Source: Methanobacteriota archaeon (GTDB lineage Archaea; Thermoplasmatota; Poseidoniia; MGIII; CG-Epi1). Taken from it: a stretch of 64,000 nucleotides of DNA. The stretch is taken from positions 619 to 64,618 of the forward strand of contig JAAZXP010000001.1 of assembly GCA_014240055.1 (NCBI GenBank). The letters run 5' to 3'. A program made the position numbers and the translations under genes. Below the pieces are notes generated by a model. That model was not told where the DNA came from. It saw only the letters and a program-made list of their open reading frames with translations, and searched no databases. This document shows, piece after piece, positions 26,669 through 37,542 of the stretch. Positions within the stretch are counted from its first letter, which is position 1, and the number at the start of each line of letters is the position of its first letter.

Positions 26669-28245
26669 AAGCCTTCTACGAGACCCACCTTGACATTCCT
26701 TTCTTTAGCAACTTTTCTTGCTTTTTCATATCCTGCATCTACATGTCTCATAACTCCAGTACCTGGATCTGTGGTAAGAACTCTTTCAACTCGCTTTTCA
26801 GCTTCAGCAGTTCCATCTGCTACTACTACCATTCCTGCATGAAGTGAATATCCCATGCCTACACCTCCACCGTGGTGGAAACTTATCCATGTGGCTCCCG
26901 CAGCTGTGTTCAGTAAGGCATTCAATATCGGCCAATCGGCTACTGCGTCACTTCCATCTTTCATAGACTCCGTTTCTCGATTAGGGGAGGCTACTGATCC
27001 TGCGTCTAGGTGGTCTCTTCCAATAACTATTGGAGCACTTACTTTTCCAGTTCTTACTAATTCATTGAATGCCAGTCCAGCTTTAGCTCTTTCACCATAT
27101 CCTAGCCAGCATATCCTCGCAGGCAATCCTTGGAATTGAACTTTCTCTTGTGCCATCTTAATCCATCTGGCTAATGCCTTATCTTCAGGGAATAATTCTA
27201 AAATTACCTTATCAGTTTCCTCAATATCTTTTGGATCTCCAGATAAAGCAGCCCATCTAAATGGCCCTTTTCCTTCACAAAATAGAGGTCGTACATAAGC
27301 AGGTACAAACCCTGGAAAATCAAAAGCATTTTCAACTCCAGCCTCTTTTGCTCTAGCTCTTAGATTATTTCCATAATCGAAGGTGTGAGATCCCATGTCC
27401 TTTAATTTTAGCATAGCCCTTACGTGTGTTGCCATGCTATTGTAGCTCATTTTGATATATTCATCAGGATTCTTTTCACGAAGTTTATCTGCATCTTCTA
27501 AGCTAAGATTATGGGGTGTGTACCCTATCAAAGGGTCATGTGCTGATGTTTGATCAGTTAATAAATCGGGAACTATATTTCTTTCAATCAGTCTCTCTAG
27601 TAAGTCAATGATATTGGCTACAACTGCAATTGATTTAGGTATTTTGTTTTTCTTCCATTCAAGGGCTTTATCTATAGCTTCATCAATATTGTAAGAGATT
27701 TCATCACAATATTTAGTTTCTAGTCTTTTCTTTATTCTTTCAGGATCAATCTCTGCAGCCAAGAATGTTCCACCATTCATTGTTGCAGCTAAAGGTTGAG
27801 CACCTCCCATTCCTCCTAGACCTCCAGTAACAACTAATCTTCCGTCTAAATTTCCATTAAAATGTTGTCTAGCAGCTTCGGCAAATGTTTCAAAAGTTCC
27901 TTGTAAAATACCCTGAGAGCCAATGTAGATCCATGATCCTGCAGTCATTTGCCCGTACATCATTAGTCCTTTTTTATCTAATTCATCAAAATGTTCCCAA
28001 TTAGCCCAATTACCTACTAAATTAGAGTTAGCTAAAAGAACACGTGGAGCATCTTCGTGCGTTTTAAAGACACCAACTGGTTTTCCACTTTGGATAAGTA
28101 AAGTTTCATTATTCTCTAAGCTTTTTAATTCTTTAATTATTGAATGATATGCTTCTATGTTTCTAGCGGCTTTTCCTCTTCCACCGTAAACTATCAAATC
28201 TTCGGGCTTTTCAGCAACATCTGGATCTAAATTATTCATCAACAT
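26665..28245 (-). CDS. hutU: Urocanate hydratase (longest intact ORF; the conserved N-terminal 24 codons lie upstream behind an in-frame TAA, see findings)
   Basis: [24 protein letters not shown] site [48 protein letters not shown]. Confidence 0.93.
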   Translation of the reverse strand: MLMNNLDPDVAEKPEDLIVYGGRGKAARNIEAYHSIIKELKSLENNETLLIQSGKPVGVFKTHEDAPRVLLANSNLVGNWANWEHFDELDKKGLMMYGQMTAGSWIYIGSQGILQGTFETFAEAARQHFNGNLDGRLVVTGGLGGMGGAQPLAATMNGGTFLAAEIDPERIKKRLETKYCDEISYNIDEAIDKALEWKKNKIPKSIAVVANIIDLLERLIERNIVPDLLTDQTSAHDPLIGYTPHNLSLEDADKLREKNPDEYIKMSYNSMATHVRAMLKLKDMGSHTFDYGNNLRARAKEAGVENAFDFPGFVPAYVRPLFCEGKGPFRWAALSGDPKDIEETDKVILELFPEDKALARWIKMAQEKVQFQGLPARICWLGYGERAKAGLAFNELVRTGKVSAPIVIGRDHLDAGSVASPNRETESMKDGSDAVADWPILNALLNTAAGATWISFHHGGGVGMGYSLHAGMVVVADGTAEAEKRVERVLTTDPGTGVMRHVDAGYEKARKVAKERNVKVGLVEGL

Positions 28246-28571
28246 TCTGAGGGCAGCTTATTGCAACCATCCTTTACAACTGATTTCTTTTCCATGTGGT
28301 GCTTTCACAATGTCCATAGTGTGCTATATAGTGTAATTTAAACACATTTCCCCAGCCTTTTTTTCTTAATTTCCGTACACAAAAATAAATAAACTGGTAA
28401 TTACTGGAGATATTGTGAAGGCTAATAATATCAAAACGAAAAGTTATACTAATTTTATTCAATGCATTTGTGGATATGAGGGTTTATCCATAGAGGCTCG
28501 ACAACACAGAGAATGTCCCAAATGCCACACAGTGGTAGAAGCCTGTTGTGAAGGTAATAATTGTTTTTGAA

Positions 28572-29297
28572 CTAACCTGTCAACTTTTTCCAAATCCACT
28601 TAATTGGATCATAATATTCATCAACAACACGTTCTTTCATTGGAATTATTGCATTATCTGTAATTGCTATATTTTCAGGACAGACTTCAGTACAGCACCG
28701 AGTAATATTACAAAGTCCAATTCCGTTATCTTCTTTTAGAGTTTCAAGACGATCACCTTGGTCGAGTGGGTGCATTTCAAGCATGGCGTTTCTCATTAGG
28801 AATCGGGGTCCGGCATATTCTGCTTTCATATCGCTATCTCGGATTACATGGCATACATCTTGGCAGAGAAAGCATTCTATACATTTTCTGAATTCTTGTA
28901 CTCTATCTACATCTTCCTGCATCATGCGAGGATCATCTGTGTCTGGATGTTGGTAAGGTAATATTTTCTTATTTACTTCATAATTCCATGAGACGTCAGT
29001 TACTAAATCTTTAATGACTGGAAAGGCTTGCATTGGTTTAATGACTAGAGGCTCAGCCTCATTATAGTCTGACATTCGGCACATGCACATCAGTTTAGGC
29101 TCACCATTGACTTCAGCTGAACAAGAACCACATTTACCTGCCTTACAATTCCACCGAACAGCTAGATCCGGTGCATCATTTGCTTGAATCTGATGAACAG
29201 CATCCAAGACAACCATTCCTGGACCTCCTTCCATTTCAAATTCATGCATAAAAAAGTCAGGTTCTTCACCTCTCTGTATGATTACTTTTCTCTTCAT
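28572..29297 (-). CDS. sdhB: Succinate dehydrogenase/fumarate reductase iron-sulfur subunit
   Basis: Cys clusters CKAGKCGSCSAEVNG (2Fe-2S), CIECFLCQDVC and CNITRCCTEVCP. 4-nt overlap with sdhA. Confidence 0.92.
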   Translation of the reverse strand: MKRKVIIQRGEEPDFFMHEFEMEGGPGMVVLDAVHQIQANDAPDLAVRWNCKAGKCGSCSAEVNGEPKLMCMCRMSDYNEAEPLVIKPMQAFPVIKDLVTDVSWNYEVNKKILPYQHPDTDDPRMMQEDVDRVQEFRKCIECFLCQDVCHVIRDSDMKAEYAGPRFLMRNAMLEMHPLDQGDRLETLKEDNGIGLCNITRCCTEVCPENIAITDNAIIPMKERVVDEYYDPIKWIWKKLTG

Positions 29298-31105
29298 ATA
29301 GCCTCCTTGTGTACAAATTCATCTAGATCATCTGGCATTGTCTTCTTATCGGATTTAATGACGTTAATACCATCTATACTTTTTCTTATTATTATGTTTA
29401 ACATTCCTAGTTCCGAATCATAGTCGGGATAATCTAATCTGGTGTGTCCACCTCTACTTTCTCGCCTTTCTTTGGCAGCTTCAGTAACTGCTAAAGAAGT
29501 GATTATCATATTCTTCAAATCCAAGCAAAGATGCCAACTAGGATTATATGCTCTATTTCCAAAAGCTTTAGCATTATCAACTCGTTTATCAAGTTCTTTT
29601 AATTTTTCGATACCTTTTGTCAAATCTTTTTCATCTCTAACTATACCTGCATGGTTTTCCATGATGTCTTGTAATTCTTCATGAAGATGGTAGGGATTTT
29701 CTTTTTTATCGTTACCAAAAGATTCTAAAGTTTCATTAATGGCCATATTCAGTTCATCTCTATTAATTGCTCGTTCTTTATTATTTAATGCAAAAATGGC
29801 AGCAGAGGTTCCAGCTATTTTTCCAAATACTAATAAGTCTGAAAGTGAATTACCACCTAATCTATTTGCTCCGTGTAGACCTGCTGCGGCTTCACCAGCT
29901 GCATACATTCCTTTTAGAGTAGACGCCCCCGTTTCAGCATCAACGCGAATTCCTCCCATCATGTAGTGTGTAGTTGGGCCAACTTCCATAGGCTCAGTAG
30001 TAATATCTAAATCACCCAGTTCTTTGAATTGGTGATACATCGAAGGCAATTTCTTTTTAATGTAATCAGACGTCTGACGATTTGCTATATCCAAAAAAGC
30101 ACCTCCATGCGGACTTCCCCGGCCTTCTTTGACTTCCTTCATAATTGCTTTAGCTACCACATCTCTAGTCAATAACTCTGGAGGGCGCATAGCACCTTTT
30201 ACTCCTTTTAACCAATCATTTGCTTCTTCTTCATTCTTAGCAGTTTCAGCTGCAAATGCTTCAGGAATATAATTAAACATAAATCTTTCATTTTTGTTAT
30301 TTAGTAAAATTCCGCCTTCACCTCTAACGCCTTCGGTAACAAGAGTACCTTTGACACTTGGAGGCCATACCATACCAGTTGGATGGAATTGAATGAATTC
30401 CATGTCTTGTAAATCAGCCCCTGCCAAGTATGCCAGTGCATGTCCATCTCCAGTATATTCCCACGAATTTGAGGTTACACGATATGCCTTTCCAATACCT
30501 CCTGTAGCTATGATTATTGATTTAGCTTGTATTGATACCAATTTACCATTATTACGATAATATGCTAATGCACCAATTGCTTGATTCTTTTCGGTCAAAA
30601 TTTTTGAAACTGTACATTCCATTAGAATATCAACATTTTCTTGATGTATCACTTTGTCTTGTACAGTTCTGATAATTTCTAATCCAGTTCTGTCTCCAAC
30701 ATGGGCTAGTCTAGGGAATCTGTGACCTCCAAAATTACGCTGGTTAATTTTACCATCTTTCGTACGATCAAATACAGCACCCCACTTTTCTAGTTCCATT
30801 ATTCTTTCAGGGGCTTGCTCAGCATGAATTTTAGCCATTTTCCAATTATTTAGGTGCTTTCCACCTCTAATTGTATCTCTAAAATGGGCTTTCCAATTAT
30901 CTCTCTCATCTGCATTCCCCAAAGCAGCAGCAGCACCCCCTTCAGCCATTACGGTGTGTGCTTTACCCAGTAAGGATTTTGAAACTAGGCATACTGTAGC
31001 TCCCTCATCTGAAGCTGCAATGGCCGCCCTGATTCCAGCGCCACCAGCACCTACTACTAACACGTCATATTTTTTTTCTTCAAAGTCTTCCATTAGAGCA
31101 CCCAC
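29294..31105 (-). CDS. sdhA: Succinate dehydrogenase/fumarate reductase flavoprotein subunit
   Basis: FAD site VVGAGGAGIRAA, HTVMAEGG (FAD-linking His region), FHPTG, RLGGNSLSDL, ESRGGHTR. Confidence 0.95.
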   Translation of the reverse strand: MGALMEDFEEKKYDVLVVGAGGAGIRAAIAASDEGATVCLVSKSLLGKAHTVMAEGGAAAALGNADERDNWKAHFRDTIRGGKHLNNWKMAKIHAEQAPERIMELEKWGAVFDRTKDGKINQRNFGGHRFPRLAHVGDRTGLEIIRTVQDKVIHQENVDILMECTVSKILTEKNQAIGALAYYRNNGKLVSIQAKSIIIATGGIGKAYRVTSNSWEYTGDGHALAYLAGADLQDMEFIQFHPTGMVWPPSVKGTLVTEGVRGEGGILLNNKNERFMFNYIPEAFAAETAKNEEEANDWLKGVKGAMRPPELLTRDVVAKAIMKEVKEGRGSPHGGAFLDIANRQTSDYIKKKLPSMYHQFKELGDLDITTEPMEVGPTTHYMMGGIRVDAETGASTLKGMYAAGEAAAGLHGANRLGGNSLSDLLVFGKIAGTSAAIFALNNKERAINRDELNMAINETLESFGNDKKENPYHLHEELQDIMENHAGIVRDEKDLTKGIEKLKELDKRVDNAKAFGNRAYNPSWHLCLDLKNMIITSLAVTEAAKERRESRGGHTRLDYPDYDSELGMLNIIIRKSIDGINVIKSDKKTMPDDLDEFVHKEAI

Positions 31106-31923
31106 TGAAATATTTCATCATTTCCAAGTAATCCTAAATATATTCTAATATAGAAATCTGCAAGCATTATAGTGACCAGTGAGATCCAAAAGTATAATCC
31201 GTGATGTTGATTAAGGTAATTAATCCAAGAATTACCGGTTCGTTTAACATAATTAGTACATGAAATACAATCCATATTTCCTCCAATTAAATTTCTCAAG
31301 GAGTGGCATGAAGACACATATAATGTCAGAAATAGTGCGTCAATTGTTAGAATAAAACTCCCAAATCCAAGACCAATTTTATCTCCAAAGAAGTATGACT
31401 CAAATGCATGGTACCAATGTAGTACTGCTAAAATTATTGCTAAGTATAGAAAATATCTGTGTGAATTCATAATAATGAAAGGGAGCGCATTTTCACCATT
31501 ATATGATTTAATTGGTTTTTCAACTGCACAACCTGCAGGGTTGGCTAGTAAAGACCGATAGAAAACACGTCTTCCATAATAACAAGTTCCTCGAAAACCT
31601 AGTGGCGCCCATATGAAAAGAAGAGTAGCTGGAAGTGGCCACCAGTTGAGTATATCTGATGGTATTGCATTAGGTCCGGGTGAAGAAATTGGGCTGACAT
31701 AGTGAGCCCCGTCTTCATTATAGTAGATAAAATCATTCTCATAATCACCTATGGCACCATGTTCGATTAGTAGTACGGTTATAGTGTATACTCCAAATAA
31801 TAGTAATATAGTTCCCATTACTAAAGGCTGAATCCACCACCTATCTGTTCGAAATGTTGCGAATAAACCCTTCTTTTCAACAGGAACAAAACAAGGAGGT
31901 ATGTCTAGTGCGTCAGAACTCAA
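31093..31923 (-). CDS. Putative single membrane-anchor/cytochrome b subunit of SDH
   Basis: First gene of a C-A-B arrangement, overlapping sdhA by 13 nt. About 5-6 hydrophobic helices with conserved-looking His residues (IEHG, NSHRYF, LHWYHAF, SCHSL, NQHHG). Assignment is by context, not by recognised motif. Confidence 0.55.
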   Translation of the reverse strand: MSSDALDIPPCFVPVEKKGLFATFRTDRWWIQPLVMGTILLLFGVYTITVLLIEHGAIGDYENDFIYYNEDGAHYVSPISSPGPNAIPSDILNWWPLPATLLFIWAPLGFRGTCYYGRRVFYRSLLANPAGCAVEKPIKSYNGENALPFIIMNSHRYFLYLAIILAVLHWYHAFESYFFGDKIGLGFGSFILTIDALFLTLYVSSCHSLRNLIGGNMDCISCTNYVKRTGNSWINYLNQHHGLYFWISLVTIMLADFYIRIYLGLLGNDEIFQWVL

Positions 31924-32007
31924 TAATTCACTATAGGAAATGGGTATTTCTAATATGTTATCAAATGTTGATAAAGTATTTTATATGGTATACATACTTA
32001 TCAAACT

Positions 32008-33594
32008 ATGAGATGGGCTTTTGTCGTAACTGTCATGTTTGTGAGTTTATCCTTTATGGGGTGCTTAACTCCAGAGGACAAGCGCACGGTAATAGAGGAA
32101 AATTCAGTTGAAGTAACTAGATTAGTAGTAACTGAAGAAGAGTTATCTCAATATCCTTATAGTGATAATCCAATACGCAACTTTTCAGTAGTAAATCCTT
32201 CAACCCTTGACTTAATTTCGGAAAGATTGTGGGCCGTTTTTGGAACCGATAATATTGGTTCCGCGGATGAACACAATTATGGTGGTAATTGTTGTGAGCA
32301 TTATTTGGCAACAGACCAAGATGGAACAATTTACAATTTAGGTGGTGAGTGGCCATGGTGGAGCACAGACAGAGGCCTTACATGGAATGAATGGGTGCCT
32401 CCTGCATTCAATACCGATTTAGGATGCGAGGAAGGTCAATTAGACCCTACATTTGACCCTGGTCTTGGTGAAGGTTCTATTATTCAAGCTCCCAATGGAG
32501 ATATTTTGGCAATGACCTGGTTTCCTTATCCTAGTACCGATGGCGTAGATCAATTTTATGCAATTTTAGGAAAGAAAACAAGCCCAACCCAAATTGAATG
32601 GGAATATTGTTGGAATACTTTTGACAAAGAACCGTTTTATGATCGTTCGTGGCAAGTTCCAGTAGTTGGACCTATTAATCCGCCTCCTGAGCTTTCAACT
32701 AATCTTTGTTCTTCAAATTGCCCATGGGCTAGTATAGTTGTTTCAAATTTTTGGAGCTATAGTGAGCAAGGCTATCAAGTTAGTGTAGATGGATTGAACT
32801 ATAGGCCACTTGATGTTCCTAATAGTGCCGATAACGAATGTAATGCAGAGTATGCTCGTTGTGGGCCTGATTTAGAATTTGATTTGTATTTTGAAGATTT
32901 AGGTCCAGAATGGAATTACATGCAACCTCATCGAGAAATGCGGGCTTCTCCAATACCTTCTGGAGGTTTACTTTTTCCTAGATGGTTTGAAGATGGTAGT
33001 AATTTATTTTTGGATACTGAATTAACTTGGCATCGGCATACTCTACCTAATGGTAGTTTTTTACCTTCACGAAGCTTAGTCATAGATAGTTCGGGTGCGT
33101 TACACAGTGTTTCTTGTAATACATCCGATCCAGGTTCAAAGAGCTGTGATGGGACTTTCAATTTAACTCACCAAGTTAGTTATGATGGTGGTTATACTTG
33201 GACGAACCAAACTCATTCGTGGCCGTTAGCATTATCAGTTTCAGACAATACCTTTGAATGGGATTTCCAGGCTGATGGAAATTTAGATTTAGCAGTTATT
33301 TCAATGAGAGTCCAAACAGAGATTAATGGAACCTCAAGCGATATTGATTTAGTATTTCATATAAGAGGTTATAGTGAAAGTATGGTTGCAGATTCAATAA
33401 CATTGATAGGTTTAGGAGATTTAGATGCTACCTCAGGGGCTGGTAATGATGTTAGATTTGATTTTTCATCTATGGGTATATTGCCTGATGGTGGTGTTGT
33501 AGTAGCGTATCATGATAGTACGGATCCTAATACCGATCCAATGTTTGCAATAGAACTGGAATTACCTGAGAGTTATTTTTACAATATATCTTAG
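32008..33594 (+). CDS. Secreted BNR/Asp-box repeat protein (sialidase-like beta-propeller fold), probable lipoprotein
   Basis: Signal peptide ending in Cys (FVSLSFMGC). Two S-x-D-x-G-x-T-W Asp-boxes (STDRGLTWNEW, SYDGGYTWTNQ). Confidence 0.6.
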   Translation: MRWAFVVTVMFVSLSFMGCLTPEDKRTVIEENSVEVTRLVVTEEELSQYPYSDNPIRNFSVVNPSTLDLISERLWAVFGTDNIGSADEHNYGGNCCEHYLATDQDGTIYNLGGEWPWWSTDRGLTWNEWVPPAFNTDLGCEEGQLDPTFDPGLGEGSIIQAPNGDILAMTWFPYPSTDGVDQFYAILGKKTSPTQIEWEYCWNTFDKEPFYDRSWQVPVVGPINPPPELSTNLCSSNCPWASIVVSNFWSYSEQGYQVSVDGLNYRPLDVPNSADNECNAEYARCGPDLEFDLYFEDLGPEWNYMQPHREMRASPIPSGGLLFPRWFEDGSNLFLDTELTWHRHTLPNGSFLPSRSLVIDSSGALHSVSCNTSDPGSKSCDGTFNLTHQVSYDGGYTWTNQTHSWPLALSVSDNTFEWDFQADGNLDLAVISMRVQTEINGTSSDIDLVFHIRGYSESMVADSITLIGLGDLDATSGAGNDVRFDFSSMGILPDGGVVVAYHDSTDPNTDPMFAIELELPESYFYNIS

Positions 33595-34367
33595 AGTAAT
33601 GTGGTAATTTCCTTTGCTCTATTTCTTAGAGTTACTTCAGAAGTACCAACAGCTTTTGCGATTTCTAATTGACTTCTTCTAACTTTATTTTTCTTACAGG
33701 ATAAGTACAATGCCGCTCCTAGTAATGCAGCAGGAGATATACCTTGTCTATAGTCACTATTCTCTACTGTATTGATTATGTCTTGGGCATAAATTTCGGT
33801 ATCTCTATTTAATTTTAATTTATCTGAAAATCGAGGGAGAAGATTTACAGTATTTGTTATGTTAATCTTCAATTTTAGTTTACGAGCAATTAATCTATGC
33901 AATCTACTTAATTCATTTCGATTTAGTCTAGTTTTGTCAGCCACTTCATCAAGAGTTCGGGGTACATTTTCCATTCGGCATGCTGTGTAAATTGATGCTG
34001 CAGCGACTTTTTCACTACTCCTTCCTCTTACGAGTCCGGATTTAGAAGAGCTTGAAAATATTTCTAAAGCAGATTCTTTTATGGAATTATCCACTTTTAG
34101 ATCAAATGCAATTCGTTCTATTTCGTCTGAAGCTAAAAGGATACTTTTACTTGCTAAATTTCCAGTTCTAGTTTCCTTTTGCCATTTCATAATGGTTTTA
34201 GAATTTATGTTTTGTTCTTGAGGAATAGATTCAATAATTGATTCAGGGTTATAACTAGTCCATTTTGGTCCTGAATCAAAAATTAGGTCACAATCTTTAC
34301 ATGACAAAATACTGTCACCTTCATTTTTGATACTTTGCGATTCACATTCAGGACATTTTAGTTTCAT
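33591..34367 (-). CDS. tfb: Transcription initiation factor TFB (TFIIB homolog)
   Basis: N-terminal Zn ribbon CPECES...CKDCDLIF. Two cyclin-like repeats (AAASIYTACRMENVPRTLDEVA; AALLGAALYLSCKKNKVRRSQLEIA). Short at 258 aa. Confidence 0.85.
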   Translation of the reverse strand: MKLKCPECESQSIKNEGDSILSCKDCDLIFDSGPKWTSYNPESIIESIPQEQNINSKTIMKWQKETRTGNLASKSILLASDEIERIAFDLKVDNSIKESALEIFSSSSKSGLVRGRSSEKVAAASIYTACRMENVPRTLDEVADKTRLNRNELSRLHRLIARKLKLKINITNTVNLLPRFSDKLKLNRDTEIYAQDIINTVENSDYRQGISPAALLGAALYLSCKKNKVRRSQLEIAKAVGTSEVTLRNRAKEITTLL

Positions 34368-34603
34368 TTTCTATAAATCTCTCTACCAACTAATCTAGTT
34401 ATTCTAAATCCTTTATTGGCTGAGATTGCTAGATAAGGTTGCTTCACGGGTCCAAAAATATTTACAACTCTTCCTACTAATTTATTCTCGGAATCGAATA
34501 TTTTTGTGTTTTTATTTACTTTTTCTTTAGCCAAAACTATGGCCAAATTCTTAGAATTAAGATGCGATACTCTTCCAAGGCATATCATAGACAACTTCCC
34601 CAA
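34364..34603 (-). CDS. gar1: H/ACA RNP protein Gar1
   Basis: Core VGRVVNIFGPVKQPYLAI. 79 aa. 4-nt overlap with tfb, and gar1-tfb adjacency is common in archaea. Confidence 0.75.
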   Translation of the reverse strand: MGKLSMICLGRVSHLNSKNLAIVLAKEKVNKNTKIFDSENKLVGRVVNIFGPVKQPYLAISANKGFRITRLVGREIYRK

Positions 34604-34622
34604 AACTTCTATTTAAAGTTTA

Positions 34623-35408
34623 CTATTTTTCTAGGTAATTAACGATATTGTGCCAGAATGCAGTTTCAGCAAGAACTAATTTATGTTTTTTAATTACCTC
34701 TCGTGGAGTTCGTAGTTTCTCGAAATGTATGTCTTCATAATTTACTTTTAGGAGTGTAAGAAAGTGTGGTTTACTAACTGTAAAATATATGTGTTCACCT
34801 TTTAGTGCCTTTTCAATGTCTTTTATTGTTCTTGCACCTCTACAGACATCGCTTGTAGCTCCTATCATTGTTCGAATTTGGTGCCACAGAAAAGATCGGC
34901 CTTCAATGTCACAGGCTAGACCATTTCTGATTTTTTTTACAGATATACTAAAAATTTCAAGTTCGGGATTTGGATTATTTCGTTTGTCTTTCTTTGCAAA
35001 ATTTTCAAAATTATGTTTACCTTTAAATATTTGTATTACCTTATTAAATTCTTTATAATCAACGTCTTCGTAGATCAAGTACCTATATAATCTCGAAGTA
35101 GCCTTTCTGGGATTAAAATGCTCCTTAACTTCGCAAAATCCATTAATCCAAACATCATGTCCGCTCAATTTCTCAGTCAATTTCCCAGCTAACAGTTCGC
35201 TTTTCATTTCCGAACTCGTTAATATTACGTTAGCGATGGCACTTACTCCCTTATCGGTTCTACTTGCGAATTGAGGATTTGATGCTCCACACTCAGCTAA
35301 TTTTTCAGTTAGAATTCGTCCTACAGTTTCTACATTAGGTTGTATTTGTGATCCATGATATGATTTACCTAAATATGCTATACGGATTAGAGTCCAATAC
35401 AATTTCAT
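34623..35408 (-). CDS. truA: tRNA pseudouridine synthase A (TruA/Pus1 family)
   Basis: YLGKSYHGSQIQP, catalytic Asp motif SRTDKGVSA, FLWHQIR. Confidence 0.85.
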   Translation of the reverse strand: MKLYWTLIRIAYLGKSYHGSQIQPNVETVGRILTEKLAECGASNPQFASRTDKGVSAIANVILTSSEMKSELLAGKLTEKLSGHDVWINGFCEVKEHFNPRKATSRLYRYLIYEDVDYKEFNKVIQIFKGKHNFENFAKKDKRNNPNPELEIFSISVKKIRNGLACDIEGRSFLWHQIRTMIGATSDVCRGARTIKDIEKALKGEHIYFTVSKPHFLTLLKVNYEDIHFEKLRTPREVIKKHKLVLAETAFWHNIVNYLEK

Positions 35409-35411
35409 TAA

Positions 35412-36275
35412 CTAAAGTATCTCTTCAAGAGTTTTTCCCAATTCAGAAGGGTTTTCAGACACATGAATTCCAGCTCGTTCCATTGCCTTCATTTTAGCTT
35501 TAGCCGTCCCTTTTCCACCAGATATAATGGCACCAGCATGCCCCATACGTTTACCGGGTGGTGCAGTTCTCCCTGCGATAAAACCAACAACTGGTTTTGA
35601 CACATATTCTTTTACATATTCGGATGCAGTTTCTTCAGCACTCCCACCTATTTCTCCTATCATTATGATTGATTTTGTATCATTGTCTCTTTCAAAGGCT
35701 TCCAGACAATCAATAAAATTTGTTCCATTTACTGGATCTCCACCTATTCCAACGCATGTTGATTGTCCTAGTCCTTTTTCAGTTACTTGGTTTACAGCCT
35801 CATAAGTTAAAGTTCCAGAACGTGAAATTATTCCAACATCACCTCTGCGGTGTATGTGGCCAGGCATTATGCCAACCTTGCTCTTTCCTGGCGTTATGAT
35901 TCCTGGACAATTTGGACCAATAAGACGAGTATCCTTTGTTTCAATGTATTTTTTTACTTTAACCATATCAAGTGCAGGAATACCTTCAGTAATTGCAACA
36001 ATTAATTCAATACCTGAATCTGCAGCTTCCATTATTGCATCAGCTGCGAAAGCTGGTGGGACAAAGATACATGAAACATTAGCTCCAGCATCAGTTGCTT
36101 CAGAGAGAGTGTCCCATATCGGTAATCCTTGAGTTTCTTGGCCACCTTTACCAGGTGTTACTCCACCAATGACCTTTGTTCCGTAGTCTAGCATTTGTTC
36201 GGTATGGAATTGACCATTTTTACCAGTGATACCTTGTACCACTATTTTACTGTTGGAATCTAGCCAAATACTCAT
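35412..36275 (-). CDS. sucD: Succinyl-CoA synthetase alpha subunit
   Basis: [22 protein letters not shown], phosphohistidine loop RMGHAGAII. Confidence 0.95.
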   Translation of the reverse strand: MSIWLDSNSKIVVQGITGKNGQFHTEQMLDYGTKVIGGVTPGKGGQETQGLPIWDTLSEATDAGANVSCIFVPPAFAADAIMEAADSGIELIVAITEGIPALDMVKVKKYIETKDTRLIGPNCPGIITPGKSKVGIMPGHIHRRGDVGIISRSGTLTYEAVNQVTEKGLGQSTCVGIGGDPVNGTNFIDCLEAFERDNDTKSIIMIGEIGGSAEETASEYVKEYVSKPVVGFIAGRTAPPGKRMGHAGAIISGGKGTAKAKMKAMERAGIHVSENPSELGKTLEEIL

Positions 36276-37441
36276 GCGTTTCCTCCTATTGAATTAATAG
36301 CTTTAATAGCTCCATCATTCATATCATCTGCAGCAATTAAATCAAGTCCAGATTCAGACAGCATTTGTTTACCTAGTTCCACGTTTGTGCCTGCCAGCCT
36401 AACTATAAGAGGTACATTCATGTTGATTTCCTTTGCTGCGGTTATTATTCCTTCTGCAATAAAATCACATCTCATTATTCCTCCAAATATATTGACAAAT
36501 ATAGCTTTAACTTCAGGATCAGATAAAATGACTTTGAATCCCTCAGCAACTTGTTTTGCATCTGCTCCACCTCCCACATCTAAAAAATTAGCAGGTTCAC
36601 CACCGTGAAGCTTGATAATATCCATAGTAGCCATGGCCAATCCAGCTCCGTTTACCATACATCCAATTTCACCATTGAGTTTGATGTAATTTAATCCAAC
36701 TTCATTTGCTCTAGTTTCTAGTGGTTCTTCTTCACTAACATCTCTTAATTTTGCAACTTCCTTATGTCGGAATAGACCCGAGCTATCAAAATTTATCTTT
36801 GCATCTAATGCTATAATTTCATCATCAGAACTAACTACAAGTGGATTTATTTCCACAATTGAACAGTCTAAGTTTATAAACAGCTTATAGAGACTTTTCA
36901 TAAATTTCATGCAATGTTTAATTTGATTTCCTTCTAATCCCAGCCCAAATGCTATTTTTCTTGCTTGCCAATCTCCAAGACCAGTAACAGGATCAACATG
37001 AACTTTTAGAATTTTCTCAGGGTTTTTACTAGCAACTTCTTCAATTTCGACTCCACCTTCAACTGATGCCATTATCACAGGCAAGTCTTTTTCGCGATCT
37101 AAGACTATTCCCAGGTATAATTCCCTAGATATACTACATCCTTCTTCAACATATATTTTTTTAACTTCTACACCGTCAGCAGTTGTTTGCGGAGTAATAA
37201 GTTTTGAACCTATTAATTTTTCAGAAGCTTCGTAGACTTCATCGGGTGAACGGCAAAGTATGATTCCTCCTCCCTTACCTCTTCCACCAGCATGCACTTG
37301 AGCTTTAACTACCCAAATACTTCCTCCTAGTTCTTTACAAGCATTAGCAGCTTCATTAGCATTTGAAGCTACAACGCCTCTTAGAGTTTTTACACCATAC
37401 TGCTCAAACAGAGCTTTTGCTTGGTATTCATGGATGTTCAT
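36272..37441 (-). CDS. sucC: Succinyl-CoA synthetase beta subunit
   Basis: [20 protein letters not shown]-grasp [24 protein letters not shown]. 4-nt overlap with sucD. Confidence 0.95.
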   Translation of the reverse strand: MNIHEYQAKALFEQYGVKTLRGVVASNANEAANACKELGGSIWVVKAQVHAGGRGKGGGIILCRSPDEVYEASEKLIGSKLITPQTTADGVEVKKIYVEEGCSISRELYLGIVLDREKDLPVIMASVEGGVEIEEVASKNPEKILKVHVDPVTGLGDWQARKIAFGLGLEGNQIKHCMKFMKSLYKLFINLDCSIVEINPLVVSSDDEIIALDAKINFDSSGLFRHKEVAKLRDVSEEEPLETRANEVGLNYIKLNGEIGCMVNGAGLAMATMDIIKLHGGEPANFLDVGGGADAKQVAEGFKVILSDPEVKAIFVNIFGGIMRCDFIAEGIITAAKEINMNVPLIVRLAGTNVELGKQMLSESGLDLIAADDMNDGAIKAINSIGGNA

Positions 37442-37542
37442 ATCATATTACACACAGATTGGGGTTTAATACTCTAATCTTAGCATATGATTACGTAAAG
37501 ATTTAAATAGAACACAATCTGCCGCCAAAAGTAGGTTATTAA

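Noticed and set aside
28274-28462. 62-aa minus-strand ORF upstream of hutU.
   Set aside because: It is in a different frame from the conserved hutU N-terminal segment that occupies 28261-28317, and it shows no homology. The real signal here is the interrupted hutU 5' end.
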